Counted from the first letter of the stretch, positions 43,299 through 54,101 are shown. The stretch: 64,000 nt of DNA from Candidatus Poribacteria bacterium (GCA_965215015.1 OZ244042.1:1440001-1504000), one strand, 5' to 3'. Program-made: numbers and translations. The notes: generated by a model from the sequence alone, not told the origin.

Positions 43299-44333
43299 CT
43301 AACCCAGTGGAGTAACCATAACCCAGAACGGTTGACTTCCAACGGCGTAGTCTTGAAGCGGCTGCAACTCGCCGGTTTCTGCATCCACACGATAGCAAGT
43401 CATTGTGTCCGCAGCCTCGCCAGCACCGTAAAGATAAGCACCTGTCGGGTCAATATTGAATGATCGCGGACTCGCCGAGATCGGAAAATGTCCAAACGGA
43501 CTGATTGACCCATCGGTGTCAATGTTGAAGCCGACAATACTGTCGTGCCCCCGATTGGATGCATACGCCCATTTCCCATTCGGATGTACCTCCACATGAG
43601 CTGTTGCTCCGCCCTCTGTATAGTCCGAGGGCAAGGTCGAAATATTCTGGAAAATCTCGAGTGTGCCCTTTTCGGGGTCGTAGCGGTGGGCAGTCACTGT
43701 GTTGCCCTGCTCATTGACGATGTAAGCGACATCCCCTTGAGGCCGAAAACAGATATGGCGGGGACCCGTTTCATCGTCGGGCGGTGCCAGTTCGGCGGGG
43801 GTATTAGGGGTGAGTTGACCCGACTCGCTATCAAAGCGGAATTGGCTGGTCTTGTTATTCGGGCAGACGTGCGGGACAAAGACGAAGCGATCTTCGGTCG
43901 CTGAGAGGATTGCGTGAGCCTTCTCGCCGGTATCGACATATTGCACTAGTTCTCCGATTGCCCCGTCGTCTCCTAGCCGATGTACGGTGACGCCGCCCCC
44001 ACCGTAGTAAGCAGTGAGCAGGAAACGTCCGTGCCTACCCGTGGTGAGATGGGCAGGAATACCGATGCCGGTATCTACCTTGTTGATGAGGGTGAGTTCA
44101 CCTGAGTCAATATTAAGACGAAAACTTGCCAACGTGGTTGATCCCACGTGACCATCATACATTACGTTTCCAGACGGATGCAGACAGAGAGCCCCTGAAG
44201 GTCCGTGCGCGTTGCTAGTTGAATGCAGCTTTAATGCGCCTGAATCGGGGTCCATGTCATAGCATTTAATCTGTTCGTCCCCGGTAAGAGAAACAAATAC
44301 GACACATCGGTTTTTATCGTTTGGCATATACAA
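43299..44333 (-). CDS. Lactonase family beta-propeller (6-phosphogluconolactonase-like)
   Basis: AYYGGG, KAH, GPRH..F, YIVNE, HPNGKWAYASNRGHDSI, PRSFNIDP. Confidence 0.9.
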   Translation of the reverse strand: MYMPNDKNRCVVFVSLTGDEQIKCYDMDPDSGALKLHSTSNAHGPSGALCLHPSGNVMYDGHVGSTTLASFRLNIDSGELTLINKVDTGIGIPAHLTTGRHGRFLLTAYYGGGGVTVHRLGDDGAIGELVQYVDTGEKAHAILSATEDRFVFVPHVCPNNKTSQFRFDSESGQLTPNTPAELAPPDDETGPRHICFRPQGDVAYIVNEQGNTVTAHRYDPEKGTLEIFQNISTLPSDYTEGGATAHVEVHPNGKWAYASNRGHDSIVGFNIDTDGSISPFGHFPISASPRSFNIDPTGAYLYGAGEAADTMTCYRVDAETGELQPLQDYAVGSQPFWVMVTPLG

Positions 44334-44571
44334 TAAACTCCTATTTTGTGACGGTTTACTTAAAGTCTATATAATCCATTCGGGCAGCGAAAATTCAGCG
44401 CAAAAATGACTGGCACATCATTACAGACGGCACCGTAGTTTCACACACTCTAACTTCGTACCTGAATGGCTCAAATTCTACCATTTTAGACCAACCGAAT
44501 GCCAATCGAATTTTATGCGAACCCAGTACGCTCGCAAGGGCGACTTGAGCACCGTACAATCGCGGATAGGC

Positions 44572-46101
44572 CTATTCGATGACTGACTGTGAGCGAATCT
44601 GCCACATCGTAACCTCCGGTGGGTCTAGAGTCAAGGAGTAGAATTTGGTCCCCGAAAAAATATAAAACCGCAACTTGATGTAGAACTCGTTTTTAGGAAG
44701 ATTGGGGTAACTCGCTTCGCGTTCTTCGCTCACACCAGGCCAGCCGGGAATGCCATTCCACGACAGCACGCTGTCAAGGGTGTCCCCGCGGATAGGATCG
44801 CAATCGGCGGCGGTGAAACCGGGGATGGGCGCGCCGGTGTCTTCTAATACTTCATATCGTAGTTCGCCCGCTGTGGCATCCACGTTAGCCGTCACCGTTC
44901 CCCCTGATTCTTGACGGAAGCGATGAGTGGTCAGAATCCCCGGCGCATACGAATCTGCTTCCACGCTGACATAACCATCGGGCCGGAGTTGTGCAACCCC
45001 GATTCCTGTCTGTTGTTCTTTTGGGGTCCCTGCATAGCGCAACTGTGGTGTACGGTTGTTATGGGTTACGCCGACCCCATTGTAGTAAAACCAAAGCATC
45101 CCATTGTGATGAATAGGACCAGAGACGTACATGGACCCCCAATCCCATGCGCCGGGTTTGCCACGAGGAATAAATGGTTCGCGGTACCGCTTCCATGAGA
45201 CCGTATCACGGCTTACAGCTAGTTGTGGTTCAACGACTCCATCTACCCGCGCTGGCAGTGCTACTGCCCCCGTGGCGTTGCCCCAGTAAAGTTCCGGTTG
45301 TTCTATCGCGTATGATTCGGCCAAATCAGTAAAAAAGACACTGAGCATGATTATATGTAATCCACCGTTTGTGCGGTTGGCCGTATCATAGCCTGCAGCG
45401 TAAAACTCCGTCCCCGGCGGGTCATCGAGGTCTTGATCAATGACTGTGCGTAGGCCGGACCAATTGAGGAAGTCCTGACTGTCACGCCGTCCGAGAACAC
45501 GGGTTCGACGACTTGAACCGCGCTGGCTATAAGATATGTAAGGCGCTTCGGGGTTGATGGAGCCGCCGAAGGTTTCTGCGGGAGAGCCGAAAGCGAAGAG
45601 CTGTTTCTGATGATTGTGGGGGCCGGAGGGATAGTGACACCAGTTGTATCCATCCGCCGAATAGAGTGCTTGCCAGATGCCTTCATGGGGGACATGGGCT
45701 ATCCGCTTCCACCGATAGGTTTCATCTGTTTCATGGGGGTCGTACAGGATGCTCCCAAGTGATGGGCAGTCCCTCGGCCAATTGATGATGTTGTTGTTTT
45801 TGGAGGCTTTAAACTCGACGATACCCAAATTAGGACGTTCCCAATGAATGCCATTGTGGGACTCTAAAACGCACATTACGGAGTTTACGCCCGGATAGTA
45901 CATCCGAAAGGTGTGATTTTTCTCATCGTAGATGATTGCTCCTTGAACGACCTCGCTTTCCCACGGCCGATCCGGCTTAACCGTGTGAAGCGGTTCGTCA
46001 ATAGTGATTTTCTCTGGACAATTGAGGACGCGATGCGCTCCAACCATCGATTCGATGAAGAAATCGTCTATAAATACCTGCTTTCCTGGATGCATTTCCA
46101 T
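44572..46101 (-). CDS. Glycoside-hydrolase-like beta-propeller protein (GH32/43/130-like), substrate unknown
   Basis: QVFIDD, DRPWE, S.NGIHWERP, SADGYNW, SQDFLNWS, SRDTVSW, GAWD, LRPDGYVS Asp-box-like repeats. Confidence 0.7.
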   Translation of the reverse strand: MEMHPGKQVFIDDFFIESMVGAHRVLNCPEKITIDEPLHTVKPDRPWESEVVQGAIIYDEKNHTFRMYYPGVNSVMCVLESHNGIHWERPNLGIVEFKASKNNNIINWPRDCPSLGSILYDPHETDETYRWKRIAHVPHEGIWQALYSADGYNWCHYPSGPHNHQKQLFAFGSPAETFGGSINPEAPYISYSQRGSSRRTRVLGRRDSQDFLNWSGLRTVIDQDLDDPPGTEFYAAGYDTANRTNGGLHIIMLSVFFTDLAESYAIEQPELYWGNATGAVALPARVDGVVEPQLAVSRDTVSWKRYREPFIPRGKPGAWDWGSMYVSGPIHHNGMLWFYYNGVGVTHNNRTPQLRYAGTPKEQQTGIGVAQLRPDGYVSVEADSYAPGILTTHRFRQESGGTVTANVDATAGELRYEVLEDTGAPIPGFTAADCDPIRGDTLDSVLSWNGIPGWPGVSEEREASYPNLPKNEFYIKLRFYIFSGTKFYSLTLDPPEVTMWQIRSQSVIE

Positions 46102-46228
46102 GTGGTTTTCCTTTTGATCAATTCCACGTACCGGATGTAGTGTTAAATCCGTTGACAGGTTGTCAATTGCTGTGCTATGATGATGATGTTTTCTCCTTGC
46201 TAAGTATACGCAAGTTGCTGTTATCTGA

Positions 46229-46449
46229 GGGGTGCTCATAATTATTGTCTGAATCGCGGATTAAACAGATCCAGCAGATTGCTAGGTGGTAGATGGGGCA
46301 AGATGCCCTACCTATGGGGTTGGGGATATTTTGTTTTTCCCCATTCGGGTTGGGAGTTTAATGAAAGTTGCGTGTTAGCCAAGCTATATGCCATAACGAT
46401 TGTGTGATTTATGGCACGCGGAGTGTGCCTACTTCTTTATGAGCACCCC
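46229..46449. mobile_element. MITE-like element, 221 bp
   Basis: Perfect 13-bp inverted ends GGGGTGCTCATAA / TTATGAGCACCCC; flanking 11-bp imperfect direct repeat CTGTTATCTGA / CAGTTATGTGA. Confidence 0.65.
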
Positions 46450-46910
46450 CAGTTATGTGAGGTGTGATAAAAGTCAACCTCCTATATCCCTTGGTCGGGC
46501 AGCCCTGATAAATCAGGATTTCGCTTACGCTCAACTTGTTCGACTGCCAAAGTCCCAGTTGCTTTGAATCCCAATCTTATCAGAAAGAAATGCTATCAAT
46601 AGGGGGCGCAGATTTCCCAATCTATGATCGCAGACATGGCAGGTTAGGAAACCCGAATTGCATCGAGGACAGGCTCTGCGCCACGATTGGATTGTGATTG
46701 TCAGATGGCAGTAAGTATAATAGTAGTTCCTTGTGTTCAAGCAGCTACGATCACTGTTGCATGAAACACTGTTGCATGAAATGGAAAAACGTATCCATTC
46801 TCCACGCGAAAACGGAGTATGTTTTCTAGTGTAACTCAAGTTGCTAGGTTCTGAGGTTACGGCTACTAGCAACCTATGTTAAGTATACAGAACTAAAGGA
46901 CGAAGAGGCA

Positions 46911-48035
46911 ATGAAGGACTCAAATGCACAAAAACAAGCTGATAATGGCGCGTTAGCAGCCCATGTGGACGATTTGTTGCGCCCGGAGGTGCTGGAGGCC
47001 TTTGACCGCACAGCCTTCGAGCACAATGGATATTGGGTATGGGAGGACGTACTGACCGACGCCGGTCGAAAACAGTTCACCGCCAGTCTACAGAAATTGC
47101 AGCACATGAACGACTGCATCCTTACGGATACCGACTGGGCTTCCATCGACTTTGAGGCGCGTGGATTGACATCCCCTCCTCCAGAGCAAATCACTCCAGA
47201 GTTTTTGACATCTTGCTGCGGTGGATCAGAGCAGATGCCCAACTTCCTTAGATCAGAGACGCGTGCATATATGCACGACCATGGACTTTTCGGTCCGGGC
47301 CCTGCGTTAGTTACACGCGGATACGAGTCGCTGGGCGTCATGCCGGAATATTTTCCTGCCGGATACGATGACTTCATTATGGATATTACCACCGCCCATC
47401 CCCAGATGATGGAGCTATTCAAGAAACTCTTCGGCGACCGCTTCGTGCTTGACCACTGCTTAATGCTTAACCGGGGAGCTGGATCGCCAGGCAGGCGTTG
47501 GCATGCTCACCAGTATCGAGACGGGCAGTACGAGGTCGAAGACCCTATCGGCACCGGTAAGGCATTAACCCCTGAGTTTCTACAGCAGCAGTGCATCCGA
47601 ACACTGTGCTATCCGGAAGGTGCAGAAAGTGGAGGCGGTGCGGAACTTGGGGTTATCCCGGGATCCCATCTTTACCGCATCCCGTACAAGTGGAACACAG
47701 AGCGACCTGATGAAGACGCCGACATGCAGGCAAATTGGCTGATGGGAAAGACCCACGCCATCACAGGCAAGCCGTTGGAAATTGTACATCTATCGCTACC
47801 CCCCGGGAGCATGGTTTCCTTTGTTCACCATATGCCACATCACGTCCAACGCCGGCCGCCGGGGGCACCCACCCGGTGGGGGTTGCTGATGGCGTATCGA
47901 ACGCCAGATCCCGCAGCCTCGCCAGCTAAGTGGACAAACGGTGTGCCAACCCATTGGGTAAAGCGTACTGCGGCAGCAGGAAAACTCTCCGATGCAGAGC
48001 GTCGCGTGTTCGAGGCGGACAACCCCCTTAACTGA
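46911..48035 (+). CDS. PhyH-like dioxygenase (HxH variant)
   Basis: FEHNGYWV, WHAH, LGVIPGSH, PGSMV..PHHV..TRW. Confidence 0.8.
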   Translation: MKDSNAQKQADNGALAAHVDDLLRPEVLEAFDRTAFEHNGYWVWEDVLTDAGRKQFTASLQKLQHMNDCILTDTDWASIDFEARGLTSPPPEQITPEFLTSCCGGSEQMPNFLRSETRAYMHDHGLFGPGPALVTRGYESLGVMPEYFPAGYDDFIMDITTAHPQMMELFKKLFGDRFVLDHCLMLNRGAGSPGRRWHAHQYRDGQYEVEDPIGTGKALTPEFLQQQCIRTLCYPEGAESGGGAELGVIPGSHLYRIPYKWNTERPDEDADMQANWLMGKTHAITGKPLEIVHLSLPPGSMVSFVHHMPHHVQRRPPGAPTRWGLLMAYRTPDPAASPAKWTNGVPTHWVKRTAAAGKLSDAERRVFEADNPLN

Positions 48036-48039
48036 TCCA

Positions 48040-49269
48040 TCAAGACTGTGAATCCACAGTCCGCCCGCCCGTCAACCCCTTGTCGTAGCTCGGTCGAAAT
48101 AACTCGGTGAGAACAGCTGGTAGTTCGCCCCGTTGCGCTTTCATCGCCCATACCGGCGGGATTGAATGCGATGGCTGGGCGTAACCGGTCACATCACTGG
48201 GTTTCTTGTAGCAGTAAAGTGAGCACCAGCGAGTCTTTCTGCCCAAGGCTTTGGGTGCTACTGCATGTGCGGCATGCGACAAGCAGCAGACCACTGACCC
48301 CGGAGGAATCGAGAGATATTCAATTTGAAGCGGCTCGGAAGTAACAGGATGCACTCGTCCTGCCAACCAACCCTGCCGCATCTCTTCGTCGGTGTCAGCC
48401 CGGCAACCCGCTGGATCTCGAAAAAGATGGCTGCCCCGAATGATTTTGAGGCCCCCGTCGTCCTCGGCTTCAAAACCTTGGGGGTAACAAAGCGTAAGAT
48501 TGAAATTCGGTTGTGCCTGGTACTCCGACAGATTTGCTATGCCGCAGTTGTCCGCCCCACCCCCGATCTTATGACTGTGCCACGCGCCACCGGGATAGCC
48601 TGGGGGTCTAGTCAATAGCTGGTTGTGATCGAAATAGATGGTGTTGCTGCCGAGGCACATCCGCTGCAGTCGGAGCATCTGTGGGTGTATGAGGACGTTC
48701 ATTAAGTACGGGACGTGCCCTGCCGGAAAATACTCGGCAAAAACACTATGCTGCCGCAACGTCTTCACGCCAGCCTCATCGTCCGATTGCGGCACCCGCT
48801 GGCTTCCTCCGAGGGCGTTATTAATCTCCTCAACGGTGAGACATTTTGTTGGTAGTTTGCGCCCAAGAACGCCCCAATCAATTTGGGTCCAGTCTGATCT
48901 CAGCAGTCTATCGTTGAGTTGCTGACCATATTTCAACGCCGCTGTCCAGTCTTCGATAGCTTTGGGTGTCATGACTTCTTTTAGAACAGCATATCCATCC
49001 CTCGAAAAACTGGCGTCGTCGAATTGTGCAATAACCGCAGACATGTCGAATAGCGGTTCGCGATTTGCTTCTAACCGGCCCCAATCGCTATCAAACCACT
49101 GCACAGGAGAGTGCCCATTGGCCAGGAAGCTGGGGCGGGTGGCACCTGCAAGTTCACCGGTTGAGCGCAGCAGGAGCTGGGCTAATGTCGGATCTGACAC
49201 TCCGGGGACGAGAAGTGGGTTCTGGGGCATTGTGGGAGCAGAATCAGGAGATGACACTTTTTCCTTCAT
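48040..49269 (-). CDS. PhyH-like dioxygenase (HxH variant), convergent paralog
   Basis: FSRDGYAV, EYFPAG, WHSH, LKIIRGSH, PGSVV..AHAV..TRW. Confidence 0.8.
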   Translation of the reverse strand: MKEKVSSPDSAPTMPQNPLLVPGVSDPTLAQLLLRSTGELAGATRPSFLANGHSPVQWFDSDWGRLEANREPLFDMSAVIAQFDDASFSRDGYAVLKEVMTPKAIEDWTAALKYGQQLNDRLLRSDWTQIDWGVLGRKLPTKCLTVEEINNALGGSQRVPQSDDEAGVKTLRQHSVFAEYFPAGHVPYLMNVLIHPQMLRLQRMCLGSNTIYFDHNQLLTRPPGYPGGAWHSHKIGGGADNCGIANLSEYQAQPNFNLTLCYPQGFEAEDDGGLKIIRGSHLFRDPAGCRADTDEEMRQGWLAGRVHPVTSEPLQIEYLSIPPGSVVCCLSHAAHAVAPKALGRKTRWCSLYCYKKPSDVTGYAQPSHSIPPVWAMKAQRGELPAVLTELFRPSYDKGLTGGRTVDSQS

Positions 49270-49572
49270 AGCTGACCTCTTTTCCCAAAAATTATGGGCG
49301 GATTTTCTAGGAAAATCCGATTGTTGGCATATTAACCTGATAGTTTACATCATCCCAACAGGTAACGAACTTTTCCTTGATTTGTTAGATTGATAATGAT
49401 AGTATCTTGTTGCAGTTTAGCACCTTGTAAGTAGACTGTCAAGCCGAAAAAACCACACGGTATAGACGGGCACCGGAGTTCATATAACTTATCTCTCCGG
49501 AGCCTGAATAACTCCCTGAATTCGCACACATTCAGTTACGTCCAAATCAAGAAAGGAGCGAATCTTGATCCG

Positions 49573-49821
49573 ATGATAAACATTGTAATGGTCGGTGCTG
49601 GAGGGATTGCCAGAACACATGCTAGCTCGCTGATGTGCATCCCTGGTGCAGATATCGTTGGCGTCATTGACCCGCATAAAGAGCGTGCTGAAACCCTTGC
49701 AAGTACGGTTAGGGCAACAGTTTATCAGAACTTAGAAGATTGTATGGATGGAGCCGATACGGACTGGCTGCCCTCAAAGTCTCGCATGCCATACTCGATT
49801 CTCACTACAAAAAAGAGGTGA
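49573..49821 (+). pseudogene. Gfo/Idh/MocA N-terminal fragment
   Basis: AAGGAG RBS, MVGAGGIARTH Rossmann start; similarity lost after about 63 aa. Confidence 0.65.
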
Positions 49822-49832
49822 TTACTTTATGA

Positions 49833-50471
49833 TTGTGGAGAATCGGTGAACCGTCGGGACTGTCAAGTTTAGTGATGGGGACTATCTGGATGTACCACAA
49901 CATGCTGTCAACCATCAAGCAGGGAAACGACGGGAATTTCTATGTCGGGGATACTGGATGGCATCCGGACCTGGGGTGGGATCCGCACATCCCGGATGGG
50001 GAAAATGACCCCAACCGCAACATTGCACAGTGGCAGTATCACTACCGTCCGAGTATCAAGGTTGCGTTCTATCTGGATTCTGTCCGTAAAGATACCGGCT
50101 GCCTTCGCGTTATTCCGGGTGCACATCGGAATCCGTACCACGACCAGTTATGGTCGCTCCATCTGAATGTCCCTTCCGCTATATCCGAAGACGACTCCTA
50201 CAAGTTCGAGAATGTGCGTCCAAAACTCCTTAAGATGTGGGAGCAGGCGACGGGTGATAAGGAAGGTGGGAGGCAATTTCTGTCGAATCCCGATATGAAT
50301 CACTTTGGACTCGCACCATGCGATATTCCGAGTTTCCCCATTGAATCTGAGCCGGGCGATGTGGTCTTCTTCAGCCATCAACTCTGGCATGCGTCGTTTG
50401 GGGGGCGTGTAGGTAGACGGATGTTTACGCTAAACTTCCGAAGCGCACTAACTGAAAGTGATTGTGTATAG
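49833..50471 (+). pseudogene. PhyH family dioxygenase lacking its N-terminus
   Basis: DGNFYVGDTGWHPD, GCLRVIPGAH, PGDVVFF..LWHAS..RR; the usual N-terminal GY/GF helix region is absent. Confidence 0.65.
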
Positions 50472-50507
50472 TATCTTCTCTAGAAAATTTTAACGGAAAG
50501 GTTTGTT

Positions 50508-51368
50508 ATGGAATATCGTGAACTTGGAAGGACAGGGATGCGGTTGAGCGTCATCGGGACGGGCGGCCTTCTAGCACACTATTGGGAGGGAGAATCGGGC
50601 CATCCGCCACCCGAAGAGAAGCGGCAAATCTATCTGCGGGCAGTCGAATCTGGGATAAACTTATTTGATATGGGCTACGGGGACGAGATTCATATTCCAG
50701 AAGAATTGAAGGGCAATACAGACGAGCGTTACTTCTCCCTGAAAGTCGGCGCACCCGCAGCAGCAGGTTTGGAAGGGATAATTGACAAACATCTTATGAA
50801 CCTACGTAGAGATGCGATTGACATCCTCCGGGTACACTATTATGCCTACATGAACGACATCCAACTGAGGAAGCGAATTACCGATCTCAAGCAGATGGGG
50901 AAGGTGCAATCGCTCTGTCTGATACGCCACTTTGAGGAGGACCAAAATGCCTATGTAGCGCGCGGTCCAGAAAAGGCCGCAGACGCAGACTTGGTTATCT
51001 ACAATTACGTCTGTCGTGGTCAGGCTCCGGGTATTCGAGCATCGTCCAAAGCTGGAAAGGGAGTCTTGGTAATGAAGGCACTCGGTGGGCAATACTTAAG
51101 CTGGAAACATAAAACTGGGACGGACTGGACCAAAGCGACGGAGGAAACTCTGGTGAAGCTTTCACCCCTCGGTGAGAATATGCGCAGCGAATTACCACTT
51201 GTCTACTCTTTTACCGCCGGTCCCTGGAGTGAGTTAGTTGAGTCTAAAGAGAAGATTTCGCCGACCGGGAAGGCATTATCATGGGTGCTTGAGAACCAAG
51301 GTGTGAGCAGTGCGCTCGTGGCGGTTGCCAGTGTCAAAGAACTTGAGGCTGTCTTGGAGGGTATATAG
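50508..51368 (+). CDS. Aldo/keto reductase family protein
   Basis: MEYRELGRTG, GINLFD..YG, NLRRDAIDI..H, GKV, MKALGG. Confidence 0.85.
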   Translation: MEYRELGRTGMRLSVIGTGGLLAHYWEGESGHPPPEEKRQIYLRAVESGINLFDMGYGDEIHIPEELKGNTDERYFSLKVGAPAAAGLEGIIDKHLMNLRRDAIDILRVHYYAYMNDIQLRKRITDLKQMGKVQSLCLIRHFEEDQNAYVARGPEKAADADLVIYNYVCRGQAPGIRASSKAGKGVLVMKALGGQYLSWKHKTGTDWTKATEETLVKLSPLGENMRSELPLVYSFTAGPWSELVESKEKISPTGKALSWVLENQGVSSALVAVASVKELEAVLEGI

Positions 51369-51577
51369 AAAGTCTCTAATAACCAATGGGGCGTTGATAC
51401 AATCCCCGGTCAAAGACTGAGAGTGAAAAGTGACAACAATCTGTTCATTGGTATATTAGTTGATTGGTTCATTCATGAACTAATGGACCAAGGGGTAGAA
51501 ACGTCATCCTCACCGATTGGCACCAAAAAATTAATACAAATTACGAGACTGCTACAAGATTGTTAAGCGAGGTTTTC

Positions 51578-52333
51578 ATGGATATACAACTGACATCGGT
51601 TCAAAAAGAAGAATATCAGCGCGATGGTTATACTATCGCCACAGGTGTGTTCGATCCGGATGAGTGCGATCGGTTTATTGAGTATATGATGGACCTACAT
51701 GCTGGGCGCAAGATCGTCGAGGGTTATCCCCCACGGGAGCCGAACGACTGGAGGCGGACACATAATCGCTCCCTTCACGAGCCTGTAGGGCTAGAGTGGA
51801 TGCTCGATGCTAGATTGTACCAACCGTTGCGGACGCTCCTCGGCGATGAGCCGGAGGCGGTACAGAGTATGTATTTCTATGTAGGTTCGGAACAACGCCG
51901 GCATCAGGATGCGTACCATCTACCGGGCTGTATGTCCGCATGGATTGCCCTTCAAGAGGTTGGCGCATGGAACGGGAGCATCCACGTCCAACTCGGTTCT
52001 CACAAAGGACCAATTATTGATAAGAGGGATTTTAGAACGGACGAAAACGGCAGCCGGGGACCTTGGTATGGCTGGCATCCCGAAGACGCATTCGATGCCC
52101 TGTTTGAACGTAACGGGCTTCCAGAAATCACTGTCGAAGCCTCAAAGGGAGACGTGGTATTCTTCCACGGTAGGCTCATCCATCGCGGCGGTCCCATTTT
52201 GGAGCCGGGGGCATTTCGCCACAGTTTTGCGTGTCACTACATCCCCCAGTCTTTTAACCCCTGGCCCTATGAAGAGCTGCCGAGGTTGCGGATCTCATTC
52301 GATAGGGTCTGCCGATTTACGCCGACCCATTGA
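51578..52333 (+). CDS. PhyH family dioxygenase
   Basis: YQRDGY, QSMYF, HQD, SAWIAL, NGS..GSHK, GDVVFFHG.LIHRG. Confidence 0.9.
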   Translation: MDIQLTSVQKEEYQRDGYTIATGVFDPDECDRFIEYMMDLHAGRKIVEGYPPREPNDWRRTHNRSLHEPVGLEWMLDARLYQPLRTLLGDEPEAVQSMYFYVGSEQRRHQDAYHLPGCMSAWIALQEVGAWNGSIHVQLGSHKGPIIDKRDFRTDENGSRGPWYGWHPEDAFDALFERNGLPEITVEASKGDVVFFHGRLIHRGGPILEPGAFRHSFACHYIPQSFNPWPYEELPRLRISFDRVCRFTPTH

Positions 52334-52454
52334 GCACGTCGGGAACGGGATTTCCCTCCCACGGTGAGAGAGGCAGTCCTGCCTCGTCAAGTCCACACCT
52401 TACAAAGTCTCTAGAGACCGAATTTTGCCAAAAACTCGGTTTCTCTGCCCTTTA

Positions 52455-54101
52455 CTACTTCTTCATCGTCGTAAGTACAAGCTGTGCCTCGCTCTGTTGG
52501 ACGTCAGGCCGTTTCTGTTTCTTTTTCATACCGCGAAAATCACGCGCTGCTTGTCCGGCATCTTTGGCACTCAGGAAGTGATACCCCTCGCTTTCATACG
52601 TCTGGATCGATGGAAACTCCTCAGTCCGTGCAGCAACAATCAAGAGCTCCGCACCAAACGGCGGGGCACACTCAAACTCCTCCGGAATTTCAACAACGCG
52701 GTTCACCTTCGACTGGTCAATGTAGTGGGTGTCGTAGAGAAGCGTACGCCTGCCATCGGCAAGGATATAGAGCAACCGGAGGTAGGCTTCTCGATTGACG
52801 CGAACGAAAACCTTCATTGTCTCGCCCTCGGTGTAAAGCAGGTGCTCACTTCCCTTGTCTGTCCACATCTCGACCTGTAAGCCGCTAACGAACTCGCCTT
52901 CGGCGAAAGCGTTCTGCTCAATGAGGGCTTGCTTATAATTTTGCGGTTTGAAGTTGAGGCCTTTCATCCCCCGGTCAAACTTCACAACAACTCCCGCCCT
53001 AACTTCACCTGTTTCCACATCCCGCAATGGCGCCCGAATCGTGATTTCATCGCTGTTTTCCCAATAGGTGCCCGAAAGGAGCAGTGTCGCCCCCGTATCT
53101 TTTGCAAAATCGCGCCTGTGCTGGACTGAACGAGGACGAAAGTTGCCGCGTGAACGGTGCGTCTGATTGACAGTCTTCCACTTGGCTAGCTGCCCAAGTT
53201 GCGCCTCAAGCGCGGCGAGGAGTTGACGGGAAAAACGACTGGCCATCTGGGTATCTTGGTAGGTGAACGGTGCCAACAAGACTTTGCCCTCCGGTTGTTC
53301 AACCTGCTTTGAGAGTTGAAGCACGACAGCGCGGGCAACGCCATCAACGGAAGTGAGCGATTCTGATACGAGTTGCTCAACGCGATTGATGACCTCTGTA
53401 TGCGACAGGATCGGTGCGACATCGGGTTTGCCAGAAAGCTTCTTCGTGGCAAACCTCAACTCATCGAAGGCGACATCGCTCGGACTGCTGTCATGTTTTG
53501 TCACCAACAAAATAATCTTGGCCTCTTTCAATGCCTCGTAAAGTGGATAGGTGCTCAGGTATTTCTCCACTGCTATATCTATTTTTGAAGCTTTTTCTGC
53601 CGCTTCAGCATCGGCAAGGATTCGCCTTATTTCTTCATGCAGTTCTGACACCTGTTTGGTGTAGATATGTTTGAGTTTAGCGCGGCGGACGTAGGCGAGA
53701 ACGTATGTGGTTGGATTGCGTCCGGAATCAATGTAGGCTTCCGTTTCAAGCCCTAACAGTTTTAGTGCTGTCTCACTCTGGGTGACTCCGCTATACTGCT
53801 GGGATAGCATCCCTTCCATTTCTGATTCGGAGGTGCGAATGACACTCCTGACCTTTGTGACGATGTTGCGGGATACATCCGCTCGTGCGTTGTCCGCAGC
53901 AATTTGGCGAGGTTCCGCCCCGTCACCCCAAGCACTCCCGAAGCCAATGAGGTAAATGTGAACAGGCCGCTCTTCAGAACGCCCATAGTTCTTGACCCAA
54001 TCAGGTTTTGCGGCGTAGCCAGTTATTGTGAATAGAATTAAGAAACAAACAAGCGGTTTGCACATAATTAGCGATATGTTGTTTAAGTGCATCGTAATCA
54101 A
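52455..54101 (-). CDS. Exported protein: LPP20-like N-terminus, FlgO/CsgG-like middle region, C-terminal DUF4384-like domain
   Basis: Signal peptide then KPDWV; A..NARADVSRNI; LLSGTYW..RDVETGEV; WTDKG..YTEGE..AYLRLLY..PPFGAE. Confidence 0.7.
   Translation of the reverse strand: MITMHLNNISLIMCKPLVCFLILFTITGYAAKPDWVKNYGRSEERPVHIYLIGFGSAWGDGAEPRQIAADNARADVSRNIVTKVRSVIRTSESEMEGMLSQQYSGVTQSETALKLLGLETEAYIDSGRNPTTYVLAYVRRAKLKHIYTKQVSELHEEIRRILADAEAAEKASKIDIAVEKYLSTYPLYEALKEAKIILLVTKHDSSPSDVAFDELRFATKKLSGKPDVAPILSHTEVINRVEQLVSESLTSVDGVARAVVLQLSKQVEQPEGKVLLAPFTYQDTQMASRFSRQLLAALEAQLGQLAKWKTVNQTHRSRGNFRPRSVQHRRDFAKDTGATLLLSGTYWENSDEITIRAPLRDVETGEVRAGVVVKFDRGMKGLNFKPQNYKQALIEQNAFAEGEFVSGLQVEMWTDKGSEHLLYTEGETMKVFVRVNREAYLRLLYILADGRRTLLYDTHYIDQSKVNRVVEIPEEFECAPPFGAELLIVAARTEEFPSIQTYESEGYHFLSAKDAGQAARDFRGMKKKQKRPDVQQSEAQLVLTTMKK

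Noticed and set aside
46531-46872. 113-aa ORF with CPRC..CHVC motif
   Set aside because: No clear RBS, alternative start codon and no recognisable family; may be chance
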